A stretch of DNA of 64,000 bases from Naegleria gruberi (lineage: Eukaryota). A model generated the notes under the pieces. That model was not told the DNA's origin. It did not search any database and was given only the letters and a program-made list of their open reading frames with translations. This document shows, piece by piece, positions 1 through 10,207 of the stretch. Location: NCBI GenBank assembly GCA_000004985.1, contig GG738897.1; one strand, 5' to 3'. The position numbers and the translations under genes are program-made. Position 1 is the first letter of the stretch. Each line of letters begins with the position of its first letter.

Positions 1-74
1 ATAACGTGATTGAATTATTCAGATTAAAATTATATTTCGAAACGTGATTAAAATTTTCAATTATAAAAAATTGT

Positions 75-1304
75 ATGGAAAGTGTTTCTTCAATAATTTC
101 ACATATATTTTGCTGTTCAAGAATGAAAAACAGATTCAAATCCTTTGAAGTGACAACAAACAACAATGGTACCCTTCCAAAGAACAAGACAAAACCTGTT
201 AGGAACAATGCATATGAATCACCACACTACACAACAGTGCAATCAAAGCCAGTACCAATTATTTCAACATCTAACTATGGGGATAATAACATAGATCATG
301 ATTACTATCCTTATAATCAATACAAAGAGAATAGAGATCAATCCATCGTAACGCCTAATCTGGTGGAAGAAATGGTTGAGAAAACAGTCAAATCACTCAT
401 GAGAGAGATGATGTTAATTTTAAGTGATCAATCAGATAATATCAAGATAATGAATCAACATGCAGAGCACCATAAGCAGAGAATTGAAAAATTGGAGGAT
501 CAACAAGTAATATTGGAAATGTTGAGTCAAGATAAGCTTCACTTGTCTAATCTTATTGCTGGTACATCAAAGGACATATTAGAAAAAATAATTGAAATTA
601 AAAAAGATCAATCTGAGGAAGTAAGAAAGTTGCAACACTCAAATGAAACTGAAACAAAAGCGTTAGATACCAAACTTGACAAGATGCAAAAGTCATTGGA
701 TGATGTTGTTGATGAAGTTAGGAAATTGGATGAAAAGATGAATAATCTCCACGTGCTTTACAGTGAATTGAAATTCAAAGGAAATCCATCCAAACCCTCA
801 ATGCTTTCTACTTTTTTAGGGAGGGGAAAAGAGCCAGTTCAAAAAGAAACCAAGTTGGTAGCTTCTCAACCTTTCTACTCTACTGTTTCATTCTCTGTAT
901 TCCCAAATTCTGGTTATGAAAAAGCAACTGATCAATTAATCAATTTGATAGGTGAACAATGTAATTCTAACCAGACCTATATCAATTTTAAAACCAAGAC
1001 CAAAATTGAAGAGTATGAGAATGGTGAAAAGGTTCTCTTCATTAGATATTGTGGAAGTACCAGATTTGAAAGTCCAGACGCAAGTGCCCTCTTGGAAAAG
1101 GGATGTAAAATTGTTTTCATCTTGTTGACTTATGGAGATAAGACCATTGATATCAAATTACCATCACAATTCCAAAGTTGTGCATTTATGCAAATTCAAA
1201 TCAATGGAATGTATTATCACAACACTCAAGATTTGGTTGGAATGCATGATCAAAAGCAATGCAAATTATTCCAATTAATTACTAGCCAATTTACAGAGCA
1301 ATAA
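75..1304 (+). CDS. hypothetical coiled-coil protein (409 aa), single exon
   Basis: Continuous ORF starting at a true ATG (attgtATGgaaagt). The central region is rich in E/K/L/Q heptad-like sequence, then a ~150 aa C-terminal globular region. No recognisable catalytic motif. Codon usage matches neighbouring genes. Confidence 0.5.
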   Translation: MESVSSIISHIFCCSRMKNRFKSFEVTTNNNGTLPKNKTKPVRNNAYESPHYTTVQSKPVPIISTSNYGDNNIDHDYYPYNQYKENRDQSIVTPNLVEEMVEKTVKSLMREMMLILSDQSDNIKIMNQHAEHHKQRIEKLEDQQVILEMLSQDKLHLSNLIAGTSKDILEKIIEIKKDQSEEVRKLQHSNETETKALDTKLDKMQKSLDDVVDEVRKLDEKMNNLHVLYSELKFKGNPSKPSMLSTFLGRGKEPVQKETKLVASQPFYSTVSFSVFPNSGYEKATDQLINLIGEQCNSNQTYINFKTKTKIEEYENGEKVLFIRYCGSTRFESPDASALLEKGCKIVFILLTYGDKTIDIKLPSQFQSCAFMQIQINGMYYHNTQDLVGMHDQKQCKLFQLITSQFTEQ

Positions 1305-1385
1305 CCCTAATAAAATGTGATCTTAAATTCAAACTATATAGTGTAGATTAAACTTTTGCTTAATACATATAGTTATAAAAAGAAG

Positions 1386-1456
1386 TAGGAAGACAGGGAA
1401 TCGAACCCTGATCTTAGGAACCACAATCCCATGTTCTACCACTGAACTATCTCCCT
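1386..1456 (-). tRNA. tRNA-His (anticodon GUG), 71 nt, no intron
   Basis: The reverse complement folds by hand into a cloverleaf. Acceptor stem AGGGAGA/TCTTCCT has 7 bp with one G-T. D arm is GTTC-AGTGGTA-GAAC. Anticodon stem TGGGA/TCCTA with loop TTGTGGT gives anticodon GTG. Variable loop is 4 nt. T arm CAGGG-TTCGATT-CCCTG carries the canonical TTCGA. The discriminator is A73 and no G-1 is encoded, consistent with eukaryotic tRNA-His receiving G-1 post-transcriptionally. Confidence 0.85.
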
Positions 1457-1540
1457 TTCATGTTATCTGAATCATTAAGGGATTATCTGTGAAAACAACG
1501 AATTTGTAATAGTGTTAAGGGCACATATATTACAGTCCGT

Positions 1541-2852
1541 TCATTTCACGAATTCGTGTCGAATATTGTAACCAGAAACCTCTTTCATAAATTCATCCAA
1601 AGAGAATAATCCTGCGCAAGGAATGGCTCCTTTTTGTTCAACATATCCCCTTGCAAGTTTTTTAGCAATGCATATGGACGGAATGGCTGGTATCATTGGC
1701 CCATCTCCTCCTTTTGCAATTAAATTCCAAGTAATAGTCTTTTCTTTACCATTCTTGTCCAATCCATTGATTATCATTTGCATACCACCTCTATCAGATC
1801 CAAAATTATAGAACCACCCACTCATGGTCTTGAATAATGGAGAGTAAACGGACCAATCTTTTACAATCCCAGCTTGTGCAAGATATGACATTCCCACAAC
1901 AGAAAATTGGAACATGTTCAACTCTACACCAGCTCTAAACTCCAAGTTTTTGAGAGTAGGATAAATCTTTGGAAAAATCTCAACCTCAGGAGTTTCACAA
2001 AAAGCAACATATCTAGTTCCTATTCCATCTGGAAATTGTGCCCTTTTCACTCCTTGCCATCCAATGACATTTTCCAATTTACCATTCAAGAACATTGGTA
2101 TTGGCTTTCCACAATAACTCAATATGGATCTCATTGTTGATTCTCCAATATGAGCTCTATTACCAGGAGAAAGACAACTATCAATGCTTGTAATTTCTGA
2201 AAGATCATGTTTTAACACCTCGTTTAAAACAGCAGAGGACAATCCAGGAACAGTACTGGCTATTTAATGATAAGAGAAGACAAATTATCAATAACACAAA
2301 CTTACCTCCACAAACAGCAAGCACATCATTCTTCACTGCCTTGTCGTGTAACTTGTCAGAAAAGTTTGCAACAAACTCTCTAGAATCCGATAAATCTATA
2401 TAATTAATTCCTCTATCAATACATTGCTCTGCCACATGAAAATTCTGTCCTTGAAATGGTCCACAAGTATGAATGACCAGGTTAGGCTTTGTTTGTTGTA
2501 GACAATCCTTCAAACTTCTCTCATCATTCACATCAACCAGAGAGGTTTGTACTCTAAAAGATGACGATGATGAAGTATTCTGTATTAATTCATCTCGAAA
2601 TTGATTGGCACTTGCTAAATTCCTTCCAGCAATAACAATTTCCTGTGGAGTATTAACATCATTGTCTTTGAATAATTGGGAGGTAATTCTCTTGCCGAAT
2701 GAGCCATAGCCTCCGAGCACAAGCACTCTGAAGGAGGCTTTTTGATGATGGAGAGAAAAGGATTTTGATAAAGTACTCTTTCTAATTAATAATGTACGGG
2801 TGGTGGCTTTGAACATTTTTTTGATTATGAAGATAGATGGAAAGGAGGACAT
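1541..2852 (-). CDS. saccharopine dehydrogenase-like NAD(P)-binding oxidoreductase (~421 aa), 2 exons: 2306..2852 and 1541..2259, intron 2260..2305
   Basis: N-terminal Rossmann motif VLVLGGYGSFGKRI, then HTCGPF, and a C-terminal Sacchrp_dh-like region. The two track ORFs (2205..2852, 1541..2242) join through a 46-nt intron gtaagtttgtg...aaatag in phase 1. The spliced junction reads ...LAVCGG|ASTVPGLSSAVLNE in frame. Confidence 0.8.
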
Positions 2853-3000
2853 TTGTTTGATGAGACATTTTGATTGAATTCAAGCACACAATATTAATAT
2901 TTCTTCTCTGAAGATTTTTATTTTTTTAATATTTTTCATAAATATTTCATATTTGTAACGGCTAGTTAATTTGATTTTGATCTGGAATTTATTTAAAAAA

Positions 3001-4188
3001 ATGAATGAAAAATACAAACTCTACTGCGAAGGTACTCGTAATGGAGCCAATTTACAAGAGGCCTTCACCTCGCAACGATTTCCCTCCGTTGCATTGCGAA
3101 AGAATTCCTTTTTTTCTCAGGCTTTGGATGATGATCAGATCGGAGATGATGAATTATTACCTCTTTCTATGGTTTGTTCGGGTGGTGAATCAAAATCCTA
3201 TTCATTGTACTTTTTTGAAGGAAGTGAATCGAGGTGGTTTTTCAAGGAAAAGAAATATGTTTTTGAAGTATTGTTCAATCAGATGAGACCGAGAGCAGAA
3301 TCTCATTGGTCACGATTGATGAATAGAGTAGTCTTGCTGCATGATAATGGACCATTGTTTGAAATGATGGATGGAAGATTATTTCTGTTCGATATCCATA
3401 CTGGATTGTTGTCTTGTTTCTTTATTGAGAGATCGTCACAAATTAGAGTGATTGGAAGTGGACTAATGTCGAATATAATAATGGTTCAAACCACTGAGGG
3501 GAAAATTATTAAGAAACATTTTAATAGAGAGCCTAAAGAAGTTGTAATTGATGATCCATCACCAGTTAAGCTATTTTCATGTTTTTGCAGAGATTTGCAA
3601 ATTATTGTTTTGGAGAATAACAAATTCTACATTATTAAGGATGGTTCCTCAAAGGAATCCCATTATGGATTTGCATCTTATGGATTTGACGTTCCTGTTG
3701 AGGTTGCTACTCCACTCTTTAACAGTGGAATCAAAAAGGTTTCATCAGGTTATAGACATTGTGTAGTTCTATTGGAAAACGGACAGGTGTTTACGAGAGG
3801 ATTCAACTATCACAATCAATGTGCAAATGGAGATGATACAGATATAGAAGGTACCTTTTGGGAAGTCAAAGTAACAGGAGTTCTTGATATTGAATGTGGA
3901 AGTATTTGTACTGCTCTCAGAACAAAAACTCATTTTATATTTTACGGATCTTTAATATATGGGTTCGATAAGGCAGGATATTATCATAAGGTTGAATATG
4001 AGGATCAACAATTTTCACTTGGTCCTTGGCATGCCTTAATATTTAGAAACAAGTTCATCAAACACGTTGGAAAGAGTGAGATTTACTATATCAACAATCT
4101 CAGATCAATTTCACTAGTGAATGCTTCTCCATTTTCTGATGCTTTATTTTCATTCAAGGACCATTTTGCTGCATCTCAAAGTGATTAA
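3001..4188 (+). CDS. hypothetical protein with possible RCC1-like repeats (~395 aa)
   Basis: ORF 2971..4188 in the track starts on TTG; the first ATG is at 3001 (MNEKYKLYCEG...). The segment GYRHCVVLLENGQVFTRGFNYHNQCANGD resembles an RCC1 blade (G..H...L..G.V...G.N..GQ.G). Otherwise no clear motifs. Confidence 0.45.
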   Translation: MNEKYKLYCEGTRNGANLQEAFTSQRFPSVALRKNSFFSQALDDDQIGDDELLPLSMVCSGGESKSYSLYFFEGSESRWFFKEKKYVFEVLFNQMRPRAESHWSRLMNRVVLLHDNGPLFEMMDGRLFLFDIHTGLLSCFFIERSSQIRVIGSGLMSNIIMVQTTEGKIIKKHFNREPKEVVIDDPSPVKLFSCFCRDLQIIVLENNKFYIIKDGSSKESHYGFASYGFDVPVEVATPLFNSGIKKVSSGYRHCVVLLENGQVFTRGFNYHNQCANGDDTDIEGTFWEVKVTGVLDIECGSICTALRTKTHFIFYGSLIYGFDKAGYYHKVEYEDQQFSLGPWHALIFRNKFIKHVGKSEIYYINNLRSISLVNASPFSDALFSFKDHFAASQSD

Positions 4189-4691
4189 AGAGATTACAGA
4201 AATTTGATTAAATTTGATAGTGAAATAGTGAATGGTTTAGAATTGAATTGAAGAATCAATTTTAGTGACCATTAGATTTTATCTGCAAATATTTGGGAGA
4301 ATCATTCAGTTTTTTAGTGAGAATCGAATGAGGTTATTCTTCTTCCTTATTGGAAATCTGAGTTACAGTCGAGTTGACTTTCACAAACAAATTAACACAT
4401 TCTAATATTAATGAAACACGCTATTATTAAAATATGTCGGAATTTTAAAGGTCATGATGCACTTATGGAAAACAGAGTTGCATTAAAGGAACCTTTCGTA
4501 TAGATTTTGGTGACATATTATTAACAAAAGAGACACAAAAAAAACTCCTTACTTTCATTCTGCTAGTATTCTGGTCTTTCTCACCAATCAAATACGAGCT
4601 ACCCTTCTTCATCAATTGTTTGCTATTCCAAAGCAAATATCTAGCAGAGAAAAAAAACAACAATTTTGAAAAGACCAGATAACAACACACG

Positions 4692-6119
4692 ATGAAAGCA
4701 AATGTCGGTTCTTCATCATTATTATTGCTGTTCATATTAGTACTTGGACTTTCGGATAACTATTTCTATTCGAAACAAATAGTACATGCTGCGGAGACTT
4801 TAACCGTCTCTGTTGAAACTCTCTCCATTTCAGAATATTTTAAGCTTGGATTCCAAAATCTTGATTATAATCCCAATACTAATGTAAATACTTTCTCCCA
4901 AAATGCCTATACGAAATATCATATAGTTCACATCCAATCTCATCAGATAGCTGCTGTTCCATTCACCACTCTGAATACTACTGGAGTACTTGCTGAGGAC
5001 GAAACTTTATTGAATGAGCTCTCACAAATATACGAAACTAAAGTACTCAGTAATTTCATCAAGAAAAACACTCTATTACAAGAAGTAGCTTCACTTTCGT
5101 CCGACGAAGAATTGGATTACATGTATGCATGTTGTTCAGATGATGATTTAGTAATGATGACTGCTTGGAATGAATCCAATTTTTTACTAGACGAAACTGC
5201 AAGACGAAAGAGGAGAATTGATTCAAAACTTGCCTCAACTGTTTCCATTTCTACCAATCAAAAGAAATCAGTTTCTTTCTATTCAAAACTCGAGGATGAA
5301 CATTGGTTATTAGATCAGCTATGGAGTGACATTCCAATAATTGCTATCCCAATCGAATATTTAGATCATTTATTTTTGAATATTAAGAATAATATTTATA
5401 TGGGAAGTTTTAAAGAAAATGGAATTAGGAAGGAGGTGAATGATTATGAATTGGAAGATTTATTTCATTTGGTTGGAACAGAGGGAGTTTTGACAATGAC
5501 TGTTGTGAAAACTTCTCCACAAGTTTCGTCCAGTGAGGAATTGATGAATTTGTTGACTATGGAGCAGAAAGATGAAATTGTTCAAGCAATTAAGAAGAAT
5601 ATTCAGGTGGAAATCTTGGATAAGTTGCTGAGATTTGAAAAATCATGTAACGTGACAAATTCAACTGCCATTAGTCAAATGAGAGATTATCACAATGCCT
5701 TATTCAGGAAATCAATGGGATTTGGTTATTTTACAGAAGAACAAAGTCAAGCACTTTCTTATTATCTATACATGAATGCATATGTTACAAAGAATTTGGA
5801 ATTACAACAATTACCAATACTTTCCTATACGAATGATTTATTCTGGACAGCAATGCAAATTTTATATAACGAATCGACTGATTTGAGAACTGTTCTGGAA
5901 AATGAGGGATACATGAATGATGAGAATCAGACTTTTCAATCTTACATGTTAAATGCATTTTCTGGATTCAAACAGAATTTGAATCAATACATTACCTCAA
6001 ACTTTTATCAAGCTCAATGCTATAGTGGATTTAATGATTACTTGGGGATGTTTCACTATTATTCATACTCTTCCTACGAATTCTTCATGTTTAAGGATGG
6101 AATTTTATCTCTGCCTTGA
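4692..6119 (+). CDS. hypothetical secreted protein (475 aa) with N-terminal signal peptide
   Basis: ATG in A-rich context. Hydrophobic N-terminus MKANVGSSSLLLLFILVLGLS, then a non-repetitive hydrophilic body. Continuous ORF. Confidence 0.5.
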   Translation: MKANVGSSSLLLLFILVLGLSDNYFYSKQIVHAAETLTVSVETLSISEYFKLGFQNLDYNPNTNVNTFSQNAYTKYHIVHIQSHQIAAVPFTTLNTTGVLAEDETLLNELSQIYETKVLSNFIKKNTLLQEVASLSSDEELDYMYACCSDDDLVMMTAWNESNFLLDETARRKRRIDSKLASTVSISTNQKKSVSFYSKLEDEHWLLDQLWSDIPIIAIPIEYLDHLFLNIKNNIYMGSFKENGIRKEVNDYELEDLFHLVGTEGVLTMTVVKTSPQVSSSEELMNLLTMEQKDEIVQAIKKNIQVEILDKLLRFEKSCNVTNSTAISQMRDYHNALFRKSMGFGYFTEEQSQALSYYLYMNAYVTKNLELQQLPILSYTNDLFWTAMQILYNESTDLRTVLENEGYMNDENQTFQSYMLNAFSGFKQNLNQYITSNFYQAQCYSGFNDYLGMFHYYSYSSYEFFMFKDGILSLP

Positions 6120-6363
6120 GTTCCATTTCAGTTTTCTGGAAGGAAAATGATTGAAGTAAATCTCTAATCATTGGTATTGGAGCTCTGAATAACTTCAATA
6201 CTTGCATAACATTGTAAATATTGAGAATTGAGTTTGAATCAGCTCTGTTTGGTTTTCCTGTTAGCAATTTCATAAATCCACTATTTCCCTTTTGCATTTT
6301 CATATCGTAGGCAGAACCATCTCTTCATTGGCAATTGTTTTTTACATTTGTTTGGGAATTACC

Positions 6364-7593
6364 ATGATTTTAAATAGAAAGAGTAAGAATATTCCAATCA
6401 GAAGAAGATTCCTCCTTCCATTTGTTGGACCTTTCTGTCTCTTTATCATTCCAATTTACTTTTTAGAGCCGGTGTGGAATAGACAATACATTTCAGTTTT
6501 TACACAAACAGATTTGAGATTTTCAGTAACTGCCATTTATCCAAATTTATTCATTTCACTTTTCTTCTCCACTTACATTGTTACAGTGTTGAGATTCTAC
6601 CACTTGAAGAATTTGTATTGGTTTATGAATTTGGTTGCCTCCAAGAAGAAAACTATCAGTCAAAGATCATTGAAATTTCAAAGAATTCTCACTTCAAAAA
6701 TCATGGCCACAATCTTTACCATCCTTTTGACCATTTGCGTCTTTTTGATATGGCTCTCTTACTATACCACTTGGTATGATACTCCAAAAGCTTACGAAGT
6801 TTCTGCTTATAATATGCAAGTTGAATTGTTATTCCTGGTTCCGTTTGCAACACTCTGTCTCATTTCCTCAATTGTTTGCTTTATTTGCTTGGTTGTTGAT
6901 TTGATTCTCAATAGGAAAAAGCTGAAACAGAGAGGAGTATTGTACTTTTTCTTTTTTGATGATCCATTCTTTTTAAGAATTGATCTAATCATTATGATAT
7001 TGAGCTTGGTGATTTCTGCTTTGATTTTCATGTCTCTTTCTGGAACTACCAACATAGCTGGTAAGGTATTGCTCCTGGTCTTGTTCATATTGTGTTATCT
7101 CGTTGTTGGAGGAACTACCATGATTATAGAATCTATTCGATTCTTACTTAAACTCTGCAGAAGAGAACACTATCAATCTCTGGCATCAGAAGAAAATTCC
7201 ATTCAAAAACTTCTCAAAGAGACTGAATTTAGAGAAATGCTTCGAGTCTACTCTCGAAACGAACATTCCATTGAGAATCTAGCTCTCTACGAAGTATTGG
7301 AACAAATCAGAAAGAGTGGAGTTGTCACTCACAAGAATTTATTGGAAATTCATCATAATTACATTCAAATGTTTGCCCCATTTGAGATTAATTTATCATC
7401 GGATGGAAGATTTAAATTTATGGAATTGTTGGAACGTGAGGCGAATGTTCCCTACTCGGATTTGGATGAAATAATAATGAGAGAATTGTTGATTAATTTG
7501 ACAGATACCATTTCGAGATTGGAAACGACATCTGAATATGAGGATTGGTTAGAAACAAAGAAATTAAAGAAGGATATTGAATTAAATGTTTAA
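6364..7593 (+). CDS. multipass membrane protein with C-terminal RGS (regulator of G-protein signalling) domain
   Basis: Six clear hydrophobic helices after the first ATG (6364). A seventh (SLAIVFYICLGITMIL) would be included only if translation begins upstream, since the track ORF starts at a TTG at 6292. The C-terminal ~130 aa match the RGS-box pattern: SEENSIQKLLKETEFREMLRVYSRNEHSIENLALYEVLEQIRK...LLEIHHNYIQMFAPFEINLSSDGRF, compared with consensus F..FL..EFSEENL.F...V..F......IY..YI...A..EINLD. Confidence 0.6.
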   Translation: MILNRKSKNIPIRRRFLLPFVGPFCLFIIPIYFLEPVWNRQYISVFTQTDLRFSVTAIYPNLFISLFFSTYIVTVLRFYHLKNLYWFMNLVASKKKTISQRSLKFQRILTSKIMATIFTILLTICVFLIWLSYYTTWYDTPKAYEVSAYNMQVELLFLVPFATLCLISSIVCFICLVVDLILNRKKLKQRGVLYFFFFDDPFFLRIDLIIMILSLVISALIFMSLSGTTNIAGKVLLLVLFILCYLVVGGTTMIIESIRFLLKLCRREHYQSLASEENSIQKLLKETEFREMLRVYSRNEHSIENLALYEVLEQIRKSGVVTHKNLLEIHHNYIQMFAPFEINLSSDGRFKFMELLEREANVPYSDLDEIIMRELLINLTDTISRLETTSEYEDWLETKKLKKDIELNV

Positions 7594-7673
7594 AAAGATT
7601 AAAATTTCCTCCAGTTAATGATTGTACGAAACTAAAGAACAATGAACTTGAAATAATTAAAAATCAAAAAAAA

Positions 7674-8621
7674 ATGTCAAAACAGCAAACTGCTTTTTAT
7701 GAGATAATATTTTGTGATGATGTTATTGATACGATACTATCGTTCTGCAATCCTAACAAGATCATTTCGTTTGCTTTAGTTTCGAAACAATTCTTTCAAG
7801 CAATTTCACAAAAAATCAACACTGTAGAATTTATCAAACATGAAAATGCCATCCAATACTTGAAAACAACCAATTCAGTATTTATTATTACTAAACTCAA
7901 GATTAGTTTAGTTTCGGATGCAAAGAAAATGGTGAAACTTTTATTAAAAAACAAAAAGTCAAGAAATTTAACATATCTAGATTTGAGGAATAATGAATTG
8001 AAAGATTCTCAAGTCAAGGACATTGCCAATTGTTCCAATTTGACAAATTTAACACATTTAGATCTAGGATGCAATCAATTTGGACTAAATGGACTAAATG
8101 CCATTGTAAAAAGTCCTAAATTACAAAAATTAACACATTTGAGTGTTTCCAGAAATCAAATTCCTTTTGGTTTTGATTTTTCCATATTGAATCAATATTT
8201 ACCTGCATTGAAATCTTTGGATTTGAGTGCAAACAAATTTATTGAAAAAGATATCAAACCAATTTTCACAATTTCTCGATTGACAAGTTTGAATTTGAGG
8301 GAATTACCAAATGTGATATGGTTTCTCATTGATATAGTGCCACAATTCGAATCTCTAACTAGTTTAAAGCTTGGAAAGAATTCTTCTATCAATGAATTTG
8401 TTCATACAAAACTGCTATTATGGGAAAATTATCAGAGTTTGACTGAATTGGATTTGGGACACAATAATTTCACAACAGATGAAATCAAGGAAGTTATGAT
8501 GCGCTTTGTGAATTTGAGAAAATTAAATCTAATTGGAAATAGCAAGATTTCACTCCAAAATAGTTTGGAAGAATTTTTAAAACTGAACGACAAGATTGAA
8601 GCATTTTCTTACTGTTGTTAA
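7674..8621 (+). CDS. F-box-like / leucine-rich-repeat protein (315 aa)
   Basis: ATG in aaaaaaaATG context. The N-terminus FYEIIFCDDVIDTILSFCNPNKIISFALVSKQF is F-box-like. It is followed by LRRs (LTYLDLRNNELKDSQVKDIANCSNLTNLTHLDLGCNQFGLNGLNAIVKSPKLQKLTHLSVSRNQI...). Confidence 0.65.
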   Translation: MSKQQTAFYEIIFCDDVIDTILSFCNPNKIISFALVSKQFFQAISQKINTVEFIKHENAIQYLKTTNSVFIITKLKISLVSDAKKMVKLLLKNKKSRNLTYLDLRNNELKDSQVKDIANCSNLTNLTHLDLGCNQFGLNGLNAIVKSPKLQKLTHLSVSRNQIPFGFDFSILNQYLPALKSLDLSANKFIEKDIKPIFTISRLTSLNLRELPNVIWFLIDIVPQFESLTSLKLGKNSSINEFVHTKLLLWENYQSLTELDLGHNNFTTDEIKEVMMRFVNLRKLNLIGNSKISLQNSLEEFLKLNDKIEAFSYCC

Positions 8622-8705
8622 ATTATTGATTTCTTGACTCTATTTCAGTAGTACATGATGGAGATATGATATGAATTTATTAAAATATGGAACAGATTGA
8701 GATTT

Positions 8706-9911
8706 TTACAAAGAATCATCAATTAGATTAGGTAATTGTTTCAAAATATTTCTGGCACCATTGTCTCCAATATTGAAACGAATTTTGAGGTAAGTCAATT
8801 GGTTCATTTCAGCAATATAATTGGCTCCTTTCTTATTAATATTATTAGAATTAATATTAAGACTAGTCAACTGCTTCATTTCGCTAATGCATTTAGCTCC
8901 TTCGTCTTGAATACTGTTACAACTAATATCCAGACAAGTTAATTTTTTCATTTGACTGATAAATTTAGCTCCTTCTTTACCAATATTATTGTGTCCAATA
9001 TTAAGATTGACCAATCGATTCATTTCACTGATAAATTTTGCGCCTTTTGCACTAATACCATTATTAGCAACATTCAGATCAGTTAACAATTCAAGTCTAC
9101 TTAAATATCTTACGTCATCTCCTAATATATTATACTTGGCATTAAGATAGGTCAATTCTTTCAATTCACCCAAATATTTAGCTCCTCCATTAATATTATT
9201 GCATTCAACATCGAGGTGAGTTAATTGCTTCATTTCACTCAAATATTTCGCCCCCACTTCACCAATATAACAGTAAACCATGTCGAGAGTACGTAATTCT
9301 TTCAATTCCTTTAAAAATTTGACTCCTTCACTTCCAATATGATTACTATTAATATTAAGACAAGTCAACTGTTTCATTTTTCCAATATACTGAGCTCCTT
9401 TCTCCCCAATCATGTTGTTACTTATATTTAAATTAGTCAATTGCTTCAATTTCCTCAAATATCCAACACCTTCATCTCCAATCAAATTAATACTAATATC
9501 CAAATTAGTTAAATGTTTCAGTTGACCAATATATTTGCAATGACCATTTTCAAAAGTGTTTTCACTGACATTCAGTGTACTTATATCTTTCATTAAATTA
9601 AATAACTGGCAATCGAATGCAATTATCCTATTCCTTCTATTCACTGTCAAACTTTGAATATTTTGTAAAAATTGACCTTTTAATTTCATGTCATTTTCAC
9701 AATACAAGGAAAGTTTTAATTTTTTCGAAATGTTTGCAAATTGTGAAGAAACTAAAGTGCAAGTCGTGACAATAAATTTAAAATCATCGAGGAAGGAAAG
9801 AATTTCATAGAGCACATCATTAGAAAAGACGGAATTGGAAAGTTTCTTCCTTCTTGTATCCGAAAGTTGGACGAATCCTTCGGTTATTGCATCTAATTTT
9901 CGTTTACTCAT
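8706..9911 (-). CDS. F-box-like / RNI-type (24-residue) leucine-rich-repeat protein (401 aa)
   Basis: The start is a true ATG. N-terminal F-box-like VLYEILSFLDDFKFIVTTCTLVSSQF. About eleven tandem 24-aa repeats of the form LTxLNIxxNxIGxEGAKYIxEMKQ (ribonuclease-inhibitor-type LRR). Convergent with the 7674..8621 gene, with stops 84 nt apart. Confidence 0.7.
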   Translation of the reverse strand: MSKRKLDAITEGFVQLSDTRRKKLSNSVFSNDVLYEILSFLDDFKFIVTTCTLVSSQFANISKKLKLSLYCENDMKLKGQFLQNIQSLTVNRRNRIIAFDCQLFNLMKDISTLNVSENTFENGHCKYIGQLKHLTNLDISINLIGDEGVGYLRKLKQLTNLNISNNMIGEKGAQYIGKMKQLTCLNINSNHIGSEGVKFLKELKELRTLDMVYCYIGEVGAKYLSEMKQLTHLDVECNNINGGAKYLGELKELTYLNAKYNILGDDVRYLSRLELLTDLNVANNGISAKGAKFISEMNRLVNLNIGHNNIGKEGAKFISQMKKLTCLDISCNSIQDEGAKCISEMKQLTSLNINSNNINKKGANYIAEMNQLTYLKIRFNIGDNGARNILKQLPNLIDDSL

Positions 9912-10207
9912 TTTTTTTGTTTTATTTTTAATTAAAAATCAATTTCCGTTTACAATCTTTTAATTAAAATATTATTAAACAAGAAAATTAAAGAAAATTG
10001 AAATTTCACATCGGAGAATCTTCGGAATTTCAAAAAACACGTTTTCACAATTTTCAAAAACCTTCACAATAGCTATTTTTGATCTTTTTCAATATTGCAC
10101 TTTACAAATCCTAAATTCAATTCAAAATTGTTGACCAATTAAAAATTTCTCCGCTTACAATAAAAAAAAATTCAAAAAAAAATAGAAAAACACAAACTGT
10201 ATGAAAA

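Noticed and set aside
1623-2140. Short plus-strand ORFs (1623..1811, 1907..2140) antisense to the saccharopine-dehydrogenase-like gene
   Set aside because: They lie entirely within a well-supported minus-strand coding exon, so they are antisense artefacts. The same applies to 13357..13844, 35482..35715, 43610..45172, 47834..49243, 54305..54603, 55807..56085, 56679..57312 and 62984..63401.
6292-6363. Track start codons shown as M at TTG/GTG (e.g. 6292, 2971, 42579, 62366, 31121, 34063, 49340)
   Set aside because: In a eukaryote these are not initiation codons. Starts were moved to the first ATG, or an upstream exon was proposed.
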